Below are positions 1 through 10,005 of a DNA stretch of 64,000 bases, in pieces (positions within the stretch are counted from its first letter, which is position 1; the number at the start of each line of letters is the position of its first letter). A program made the position numbers and the translations under genes. Source of the DNA: Eledone cirrhosa (lineage: Eukaryota); assembly GCA_964016885.1 (NCBI GenBank), contig OZ024755.1:31930001-31994000 (forward strand). The letters are read 5' to 3'. Below the pieces are notes generated by a model. It worked only from the letters and a program-made list of their open reading frames with translations, did no database searches and was not told the origin of the DNA.

Positions 1-195
1 GTTGGTGTCATGAAAATTGCACCCAGCACACACTGTAAGGTGGTTGGTATTAGGCAGGGTATCCAGCCTTAAAAACCATACCAAATATGGAACATAACAA
101 GCAAGATTGGTTGTTCCAACCTACCTGATCTCGGAACCTGACAACCCATGCGAGCTTATAAAGTAGTTGTAAAATGATGGAGATGATGATGATAC
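1..195 (+). mobile_element. SINE 3' fragment (RTE-tailed family, decayed) ending in (GAT)n
   Basis: gcacccagcacacactgtaaggtggttggt...agggtatccagc matches the body of the SINE at 61923-62265; tail aaaatgatg...gatgatgat. Confidence 0.7.
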
Positions 196-1083
196 TTTCA
201 GGTGTTTTGTTTTCCGTCTCCTACTCTGCTCAGAAAGAGGTTTAAAAATAGAATTCATTGTGTACTGCACTGAATATGCCACCTTTTTAGCTTAATTGTT
301 CAATTGGTGCTATTGATTCCCTTGAACTATGTCTCTTAGCTCATTTAATTTTATATGTTTATATGCAAAAACAATGTTGTCTCTGATCGAGACGAAGCGA
401 GATCTTCCTGTCACCCACATTGTGGATTGTCTCTCTGTTGACCACTAGCCACTGGTCTGTCTTCGGAGGCATGTTTGCCCATCAGTCTTTGACAGCATTT
501 GGCTTGTTTTAACGGCTGGTCTAGTGATGAATTTTCTCATTTTTATATGTATTATATGTTTATATTTTTCAACAAATATTTGAAGGATGTAAACATAAGT
601 AAAAAGACAGTTGCTCTTCAATAGATGTCCACTGAGTTACAGAAGTTCATCATAAATTCAGTGAATCAGTGATTTATTCATTGGAAGTCTGTAGCCAATG
701 GTGCTGTTTGCAAATTTAAATATAAAATAGAATATATCTTGCCTAAGGAAGGATCAGGATAACTCTTTAATTAACCTCCCTAGTACACTCTGTAAAGTGA
801 TTGGTGATAGGAAGCGCATCCAACTATAGAAAACCTGCCAAACAAAGGGTCGAGAGGATTCATTGGCTGTATCCAGGCAATGACAACCTCCTTATAACTG
901 ATGTCACAACAACATTTCTATAATAATTTGGTTTTTGACATTTTTCTTAAATAGTTTAATCTTATTCTTTTTTTCATTTGAATTATTAAAAAGAAAAAGA
1001 ATTAAGTGTAGCAAATATTTCAGACCCTCCACAGTAGCTAGCTGTGAGTGGAGTGAACTTATCAGCTAGTATTTAAATAAAAT

Positions 1084-1115
1084 GTTCCTCTCTATCCTAA
1101 TTTTTCTATTTGCAG
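1084..1115 (+). promoter_or_regulatory. 3' splice acceptor of the Kv1 terminal exon (branch-like CTAAT, pyrimidine tract, CAG)
   Basis: ttcctctctatcCTAATtttttctatttgCAG|gtcattt; one leftover base precedes the first full codon at 1117, implying a phase-2 intron. Confidence 0.85.
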
Positions 1116-2529
1116 GTCATTTCCCAAGCACACAGAGGACGACAATGTCCATGTGGAAGATGGAATGGGTCCTGGCTGCGACTACGAGCGGTGTGAACGA
1201 GTCGTTATCAACGTAAGTGGACTACGATTCGAAACACAGTTAAGGACGCTTGCCCAGTTTCCAGATACACTTCTCGGAAATCCTAAAAAACGAAACCGTT
1301 ACTATGACCCTCTACGAAATGAATATTTCTTTGATCGGAACCGTCCCAGTTTCGATGCAATACTTTACTATTATCAAAGCGGGGGGAGGTTACGAAAACC
1401 GGTAAATGTACCTTTGGATGTATTTTCAGAGGAAATTAAATTTTATGAGCTCGGTGCTGAAGCGATTGAAAAATATCGCGATGACGAAGGATTTATTAAA
1501 GAGGAGGAACGTCCACTTCCTGAGAATGAATTTCAACGTCGTGTATGGTTACTATTTGAGTATCCAGAGAGTTCTACGGCTGCACGTCTGATAGCTATAT
1601 TTTCTGTGGTAATAATTTTACTTTCTATTGTGATATTTTGCCTTGAAACTTTACCTGAATTTAAACACTACAGGCTTGTAAACGAAACTATTGAGGAGGA
1701 TGATATACCGAAATTTGGAGAACCTTTTTTCATTATAGAAACATGCTGCATAATATGGTTCACATCAGAACTTATGGTGAGGTTTGCATCATGCCCGGAA
1801 AAAATAGGATTCTTCAAGAACATAATGAATCTTATTGATATTGTTGCTATCATTCCATACTTCATTACATTAGGTACAGTGATTGCAGACGAGAATAAAA
1901 GCAACAACCAGGCAATGTCTCTGGCTATTCTTAGGGTTATTCGATTAGTTAGAGTTTTTCGTATATTTAAGCTTTCAAGACATTCAAAAGGTTTACAAAT
2001 TCTTGGGCAGACGCTGAAGGCTAGTATGCGAGAACTTGGCTTGTTAATATTTTTTTTATTTATTGGGGTCATTTTATTTTCTAGTGCTGTGTACTTTGCT
2101 GAAGCTGATGCTGAGCAGACTCATTTTAAAAGTATTCCAGACGCCTTTTGGTGGGCTGTAGTCACCATGACAACGGTTGGATATGGTGATATGCGGCCCA
2201 TAGGGGTATGGGGTAAATTAGTAGGGTCACTGTGTGCCATTGCTGGTGTATTAACCATAGCTTTACCTGTCCCCGTTATTGTTTCCAATTTTAATTATTT
2301 CTACCATAGAGAGACAGAGAATGATGATAAAGACAAATATCATCATGTTACGTCTGCAATAAACTATCCAGAAAAAAGGAGTTCATATGCTTCCGAAAAT
2401 GGATCTGATATTATGGAGATGGAAGAAGGTAGTGTCATAAACGAAAGGATCAAAGAAAATCATGCTACCAAAATAAACAACCCCACTAACCTAAATATGA
2501 ATAATCTCAGTATTGAAACTGACGTATGA
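1116..2529 (+). CDS. Kv1: Shaker-related (Kv1/KCNA family) voltage-gated potassium channel alpha subunit, terminal coding exon (T1 domain, S1-S6, C-terminus); 5' exon(s) not identified
   Basis: ORF has the T1 domain ([15 protein letters not shown]...FFDRNRPSF), S4 ([13 protein letters not shown]), pore filter TVGYGD (starts 2173), PVP hinge and a C-terminal PDZ ligand ETDV, then TGA at 2527-2529. The frame is open upstream of the track's GTG start ([12 protein letters not shown] from 1117) back to a polypyrimidine-TGCAG acceptor at 1115. The paralog number cannot be assigned from sequence alone. Confidence 0.97.
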
Positions 2530-2855
2530 AACCTGCCTCCTGTCAAGGAAAGCTTCCATTACCATTTGCTTTATTGTTGATATAATTACCTTCAAACTGG
2601 TTACTGTTTAGTAATAATAATAATAGTAATGATAATAACACTAATTATTATTATTATTAAAAGCATTTTCTTGCCATCACAACTTCTGAAGAAATAGCCT
2701 CCAAAACTACAGTTGATTTCATTGCTGACTGAGAAGGATAAAATATACAAGTGGATTTTTAATGATTTTATTTAATTTTTGTTTTTCTAGGCTAAAATAC
2801 CTAAAACTTTCTATTTATCTTTCCAGCTTTAAGATTTCATAATTTATTATTATTA

Positions 2856-2889
<34 letters not shown>

Positions 2890-3639
2890 TTTACCCTTAG
2901 AAACAAGCAAAAATACTTAATATTTTAATCTGTTAACTAATCAATATGAAATAGAAGATTGATTAAAAAAAACAACAAAACATCCACTAAAAGAAACTTT
3001 TATTCAAAGTCATATGTAAGTGCGAAGGTATCTTGGAAATATAGTTGATATCGCCACTGCCAAAGCAAATGTTACACGAGACTGATATTACAAGCTTTAC
3101 TGCAGAAATCCACTACCTGATTTTTAGGACATCACAAAGGAAACTTTGTAATTATGCATTTTCTCGTGAGATTCAGAGGAAAGATTTACCTTATTCATCA
3201 GATATGTGGATGACTAAAATCACCGTGTTAATTCTACCAATTGCACAACTGGAGTTCTGTGTGATTTCGCACTGATGTCAATGGTGATAATTGCAATACT
3301 GGTAAGTACTATTCCTATTTTTTTCTATTTACTCACGAACACACACACAAACACACAAATACCTTTTGGTTATTATATAGCCTTTTACTATTGAATGGTT
3401 GGAAATAGCTCATAAATTGATTTCACGGGTAAAATTCAGGACTTTTGTCCCTTCAGATTCAGAATTTTGCATAATAGTCACTTTAAAATCTTGTCTCTTC
3501 AATTTTGTAATTGTTTTCTTGTTACTGTCTCAAATTGCTGTTTTTTTAATTTCTTTATGCTTTTGTATTTAAGATATTTTTCTTTTTACTTTCAAACACC
3601 AGACAGGTAAGAAAAAAAACACACTGCTGACACTTTTAT

Positions 3640-3915
3640 GTTATATTTATATCTAATAGCTTTTATGTAATAATTTTATATTATATCTATATCTAATAGC
3701 TTTTATGTTATATCTATATGTAATAATTTTATATTATATCTATATCTAATAGCTTTTATATTATATCTATATGTAATAATTTTATATTATATCTATATCT
3801 AATAGCTTTTATATTATATCTATATATACTAACTTTTATATTGTATCTATATATAATAATTTTTATATTGTATCTCTATAAATTTTATGTGCTTCTATAT
3901 AAATTTATGTGCTTC
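3640..3915. repeat. AT-rich ~27-bp minisatellite (ttatatctatatctaatagcttttata-like)
   Basis: Visible imperfect tandem units. Confidence 0.8.
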
Positions 3916-4065
3916 TCCGATCATAGTTTAATGCTTGGATATATTTTTACTATATATTTTGATATATATCTTTTTACTTCTATAAAGTTCAATTTTAGAA
4001 GTTTCTAGAATTAACCTATTACATAATCAAACTATTATTGAAATTAATGATTAGTATTAAATAAG

Positions 4066-4232
4066 TACTGCATTTCCCGGTGTCGAAGACACTACTTTTT
4101 TTACTAAAATAGGTCTCAAAAATCTACCATGCATCCTGAAGGCCGAAGGTTGTTTATTATTTTTTTTTCAAATTTTTGGTTGTCAAAATTAGGGTGCATC
4201 CTTGAGGACGAAGCGTCTTCCGAAATACGGTA
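4066..4232. mobile_element. Tc1/mariner-pogo (Tigger-like) MITE
   Basis: Ends tactgcatttc...gaaatacggta are imperfect inverted repeats including terminal TA, matching the TACCGTATTT-type end. Confidence 0.6.
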
Positions 4233-4496
4233 TCTTTTTTCTTACAGTCAAAACTTCAAGTATCAATGAATTAAATATTAGAAAAACTAGGTTATACAAT
4301 GTTAATTTCTATATATATTTTGTGTATTCAATGCAATGAAAATAGTTCTGGTAAGAATTTCTTTGCCTAGTTGTCCCCAAGTTAAAATTCTGCCGTAGTT
4401 GACTACCAGGGTCTGTAAAATTAATATATGAGGGTTTTGAAAAATTTCTGTAGTCTTGCCATCTTTGGTCTCAAAATCTCCCCATAGAATGTTTTC

Positions 4497-4719
4497 ATAA
4501 CCCTTTAGCATTTACCTTACTCTCTATATACTATTGTATTATTACAGTAAAGGCTTTATCTTACATAATATCTTGCATAATATCGAATCTGAGATTTTGA
4601 TATTATTTATTTTGAGAACACCTTAACATCAGTATGAGTGGCCAATTACGGTCGGTTTGAACAGAAAGGGGTGAGATAATTCTGGCCAGATACAGCTAGT
4701 TTAAATGCTAAAGGGTTAA
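4497..4719 (+). mobile_element. piggyBac-type MITE family 1
   Basis: ataa-CCCTTTAGCATTTA ... TAAATGCTAAAGGG-ttaa. TTAA target plus CCC/GGG TIR ends are piggyBac hallmarks. Confidence 0.85.
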
Positions 4720-4814
4720 AGCACTCATAAATTTACTTTGGTGCTTTCTTCTACATGTACAGAAATTTAACGAAAGCATTTAAAAATTCTACATTTAACT
4801 TGATATCTCTTTTT

Positions 4815-5052
4815 ATTATTCTTTGCCCACTTATTCCTGAGAAGGTTGTGAGGACAGAGTCCTCAAACACTCCTTCTAGCGGGTCCTGTAGAAGCAACCA
4901 TCTCCAACTGATCCAGCTGGATCCCCAAGCGAGACCAGCCGAGCTCATGGATGTTATCCAACCATCTTGCTCAGGTTTTACCCCTGGGTATCCTGTTGGT
5001 TAATTTTACCCGTAAAATCTGAACAGCAATTTTTCCCCCGCGACATTCTCTA
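4815..5052 (-). mobile_element. RTE-like LINE 3' end (same family as 59230-59770)
   Basis: Reverse-complement similarity to 59500-59725 (ggataacatccatgagct, ggggatcca, gcttct). Confidence 0.75.
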
Positions 5053-5790
5053 TACATGTGTGTAGTATTGGAGTTTGTTAATAATTCTATAACTTTTTTT
5101 TTATGTTGAGTATAATTACTACATATTGGCACTTTACACCATAAAAAAAAGCTCTCTTGCTATCAACAGTGAAAAACATACATACATACATGCATGTTTG
5201 GAGAATTAGGTTAAACCAAGAACTTTTCAGAACACCTTCATATTGTGGGTAATTCTTTCCCCACAGAAAGTTTGAACTTGGGTTTTGTTAAAAGAAATTG
5301 ATATTTCTTTATGCTTGTATACACATTTTTATTTAAATGAATTAGTTATTAAATAGCTATCCAGATCTATACCTAAGTTTCCTGTTTAATACCATAAAAC
5401 ATTCATTCTTTGAAATACTGTAATTATTTATTGAATAGTTAAGACAACAGGTGTGATATTTATAGCTGCCTTGTAAAGTCAGAAATTGGTATAAATTAAC
5501 ATCAAACATATCTCATATTAATCAATTATTTATAAATACTTAAAACATTCTAATCACATACAACTATTTAAATGATGTTATGGAAATATTATACTCAATT
5601 TTTTTAATTATAAAAAATGGCCGAAAGTAACAGGTAATTGGTTATTGAACTGTGATTTTTCAGGTGTAACCTTGTAATTGTTATGTTTAAAATGGAAGTT
5701 TAGTAATTTTACTGTTTTTTTTTTTTTATTTTTAAATATGTCGTGTTAGTGTATTTCACATCATTGCTCCAATAAGCTATATAAGAATCT

Positions 5791-5847
<57 letters not shown>

Positions 5848-5852
<5 letters not shown>

Positions 5853-6020
5853 AAAATAGTCAGGACCCTGGCGGCTGAGCTCCGTTCAGATATAGCTCTC
5901 GTAACAACCGGAGCTCAGCCGTCGGGGTCCTGACTCTTTTCCTATTACCCACTCTACTACCCTAAATATTGAGTACTCTGGTATGTTATGGTCCACCTGG
6001 TATGTTACCACACCCTCTTT
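5848..6020. repeat. Hairpin-containing dispersed repeat next to (TA)n; partial second copy at 8311-8417
   Basis: Arms ataggaaaatagtcaggaccctggcggctgagctccg / cggagctcagccgtcggggtcctgactcttttcctat (~37 bp). Confidence 0.75.
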
Positions 6021-6120
6021 GTTTTATGTATATATATATTAGAGTATGTTTATCTCGTTTTACAACTAAGAAATCAATTTAGTTTGTGTGTTTACCTATA
6101 TATATATATATATATATATA

Positions 6121-8310
6121 GGTAAACACACAAACCAAATTGATTTCTTAGTTGTAAGACGAGATAAACATACTCTAATAAATACAAAGGCCTTCCCTAT
6201 TGAAGAATGTGCTGCCCAACACAAGTTGGTTGGTAGTGATATCAGAATAGACACAAGACAGAACACTTATACGCAGGAAAATATGGCGACGGAAGGTTTA
6301 GAAGCTTAAGGACCTTTCAGTTAAATGTAGGTTTAGAAAGGTTCTACAGATGCATTTTAGAGGGGGTGATGAGCTAGACACATTATCATCATCATCATCA
6401 TTTCATTTTACGTCCACTTTTCCCTGCTTGCAAGGGTGGGACTGGAACTGATTCTGGCTTGATTTCTACAGCTGGATGCCCTTCCTAACACCAACCTCAT
6501 TTACAGTGAGTGCTGGGTGCTTTTTTGCCGTGGCACCTCCACGACCACTTTGCAGTGGAATGATAGGGACCCCAGTCCCTATCATCTCATTTCTACAGCT
6601 GAGTAAACTGGAGCAATGTGAAATAAAGTGTCTTGCTCAAGGAAACAACACATCACCCGGTCTTAGAATTGAACTCACAACCTTTCGATTGCAAGGCCAA
6701 TGCTCTAACCACTAAGCCATGTGTTATATATTATGTTGAGGACAATTAGGAATTCTTGCTTGATAACGAACTACTGATGTGACTTGTGGCTAGAGTAAAG
6801 TGTCAGCCAGACAGAGGATGACCTAATAGTGGACCAGCAGAGTGGATTAAAGCCTAGAGGCAGGCAGGGAAAGACTGGAAGATGGGGGTAGCAGGGACTG
6901 GTGCCTGGTTGCTAAGGGAGAAGCTAAATGATAGGCATACACAGCTTGGAGAGAGGCTGAAAAAAGAAAGTTTGCCAATGTCTTGAGACATTAGGATCAG
7001 AGGCATGTAGTGTTCTGCATTGCAAGACAGTGTGTTAGTGTGTATTGGGATGTTGTTGAGGAAAAGTGTTAAAAATGACACTGGTGCTCAAAAGAAAGAG
7101 GCCTGGAAATGTTACTATGAGAGACTGAAGAATGTAGAGAATGAATCGGAAGAGAAACTACCCCCCAACTTACCCAGAAGGACCGGCTATTGAAGTTAAC
7201 AGTTATAGGGTCAAAGAAGCAATCAAGATGAAGTGTAGTAAAGCTGTGAGACCCTCTGAGATGCTAAAAGCATCAGGGAAAAGTATGAGTCAAACTAGTA
7301 GCCCACATAGATAATCTGGTAATACAGGACGGAGCCATACCCAATGACAGGCACAATAGTACAATCATAAATTGCTACAAGAGCAGAGGTAATGCTCTAG
7401 AAAGGAGCAACTATTGAGGAATAAAACTAATGGATCAAGTTATGAAAGTGACGCAAAGTGTTATAGTACAACTAATTAGGGAAAAGAATCAAATTAGATG
7501 CGCTGCAGTTTGGTTTCATTCCTGGTAAAAGTACTACAGATGCCCTCTCTTTAGTGAAGCTACTACGAGAAGTTCCTAGCCAAGAATAAACTGCTATATT
7601 AAGCTTTTGTTGATCTAGAAAAGGCTTTTGACAGAGCACTTCAATCAATTATCTGGTGGCTCCTAAGGAAATTAGGTGTAGAAGAATGGCTTGTGAGAGC
7701 AGTGCAAGCCATGTACAAAGATGATGTCAGTAAAATGAGAGTAGGAAGTGAATTTAGTGAGGAATTCAATGTACAGATAGGAGTTCATCAGAGTTCAGTT
7801 CTTAGCCCACTGCTAATCATCATAGTTCTCCAGACCATAACAGATGAGTTTAAAACAGGCTGTCTATGGGAACTTCTCTATGGGGATGATCTGGTCCTCA
7901 TAGCTGAAACCATAAAAGAACTAGAAAATGAGTTATGACTATGGAAAAAGAATTTGGAATCAAAAGGTCTAAGAGTAAACTTTAACCAGAACTAAAGTGC
8001 TAGTGAGTAGGAAAGAAGGTACAACCCTGATTCGCTCAAGGAAGTGGTCCTGCTTAATATGTAGAAAAGGAGTTGACATAAACTCTATATGTACACAATG
8101 TAAATCTTGGGTATGCAAGAGATGTAGTGTGGTAACAGGTAGACTAACAGGAAGGGAAGATTTTTGTATGTAGAAGATACACAGGGGTAATTGAGGGGCA
8201 GAACATCAATGATATAAACCTTTTCCAGTCACAGGAAGGGTCCATAAAGTGGTTGGTAGCTTCTAATATCTAGGTGACTTAATTAACTGCAAGCATAATA
8301 GCTAGAATAA
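6121..8310 (+). mobile_element. Decayed RTE-clade LINE (AP endonuclease C-terminus plus reverse transcriptase), interrupted by a SINE
   Basis: Translated fragments NQIDFLVVR, QHKLV, QFGF-PGKSTTDA, FVDLEKAFDR, GVHQSSVLSPLL, LLYGDDLVL; many stops and frameshifts. Confidence 0.92.
6385..6723 (-). mobile_element. tRNA-headed SINE with RTE-type 3' tail, nested in the LINE
   Basis: Near-identical reverse complement of 61923-62265. Confidence 0.88.
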
Positions 8311-8435
8311 GGAGCTCAGCTGTCGGAGTCCTGAATCTTTTCATTTAACCCACTCTACTACCCCAAGTATCGAGTACTCTGGTGGGTTATGGTCCACCTG
8401 GTTCTTACAACACCCTATCTGATATATATATATAT

Positions 8436-8740
8436 CATCATCATCATCATCATCGTTTAACGTCCATTTTCCACACTAGCATGGGTCTGGACGGGAATTG
8501 TCCCACTTGAGGCAAGATTGGTTGTCTTGCTCAGGACTGTCTGGCGGGTTTTCTATGGCTGGATGCCCTTCCTAACACCAACCACGTTTACAGTGTGGAC
8601 TGGGAGGTTTTTACCGTGTTACCTACACGACCACATTACAGCGTGGACTGTGTGTTTTTTTTGTTGTGACACCTACACAACCTCATTTATTTAGGACTGG
8701 ATGTTGTGGTACCAACATAACTTTACATCGAAAGGGGTGG
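8436..8740 (-). mobile_element. SINE/RTE-tail repeat with (GAT)n tail; related copies at 22030-22290, 33052-33430, 47422-47820 and 53270-53428
   Basis: catcatcgtttaacgtccat...cccacttgaggcaag...ggatgcccttcctaacaccaaccac recurs at all these sites. Confidence 0.8.
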
Positions 8741-8835
8741 TGTATATATCTATATATTAATAGAAAAAAACCCAGGAAGTTTCTCATAGTACTTGATTTG
8801 GTACCAACGCCAGTATTTCACTGTACTACCTACAC

Positions 8836-8887
<52 letters not shown>

Positions 8888-9792
8888 GACTATGATGACA
8901 GTAAATGTTGACATTCATACACAGAAAAATGTGAGGGGACATGGACAATTGCCAAATTTAAATATAGAACAAATGTGAGGGACATATGATAATCTTTTCA
9001 CTACATATCTAGTGGAGTTTATTTGGCATCCTTTCTTCAATTTCATTTTCTCCAGAAGACATTACTACAGTGTATAAATAATATAATGATTCAAATGTAT
9101 ATTGTGTAGTGAATTTGGTAAGTTATGCTGTTATAATTATTTCTAACACAATGAAATTGTATTTGGTAATTTCTGGACTTGAAAGTAAGTTAATGCACAA
9201 TCAAGGTAGTCAGTTTGTAATCATGATAGCTGTCATAGTTCTAGTAATTCACTTTAATTTTTCCACATACCAGTTACAAAGGCTTGCCATCATCATCATC
9301 CTCATCATCATCATCACTACCACCATCATCATCTTCATAGTTTTTACATTCATTTATCGATGAATTAGACAAGATATTTTGAGACAATGTATTGCAGTCG
9401 GATGCCCTTCCAGACACTAACCTTTTTAGTTGCCTCTTACAACCTCTTACAGTTATACAGTGTATCTATTCTAAAAACGTTGTTTTAAAAGGTGACTAAA
9501 AAGGTTGGCGTCAGAAGAGTCTTTAGATCTCCTCGCTCCAGCTACTTTCATTTTGTTTGAATTTCAATTTATTTGTGGATGCAGACATGACTGAAGGGTT
9601 AAGAAGTCCGAGGTTTGATCACATTCTATGACATCTTGGACAAGTGTCATTAACATAGGCTTTAGTCCACTCAAACCTTGCGAGTGAAATTGGTTAAATG
9701 GAAACTATAGAAGCCTGTCACATGTACTATACCTGTTATTCAAAGGTTCAGGCCTGTCACATTGTTTTACATGAATTCTGCCTAGAATTACA

Positions 9793-10005
9793 TTAATCCT
9801 CTAGCATTTACATTACTCATATTTACTATTGTATTTTCACAGTAAAGGCTTTACCTCACATAATTATTTCTCATAATATCGAACCTATGAGATTTTGATA
9901 TTTATTTTGAGAACAATGCCTTAACGTAAGTATGAGGGGCCGGTTTGAACAGAAAGAAGTGAGAATTCTGGCCAGATGTGGCCAGTTTAAATGCTAAAGA
10001 GTTAA
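9793..10005 (+). mobile_element. piggyBac-type MITE family 1
   Basis: TTAA-flanked; same internal sequence (aaggctttacctcacataa...gaacagaaag) and TIRs. Confidence 0.85.

Noticed and set aside
1668-2072. Antisense 134-aa ORF overlapping Kv1
   Set aside because: Shadow ORF of the channel CDS with no independent support.
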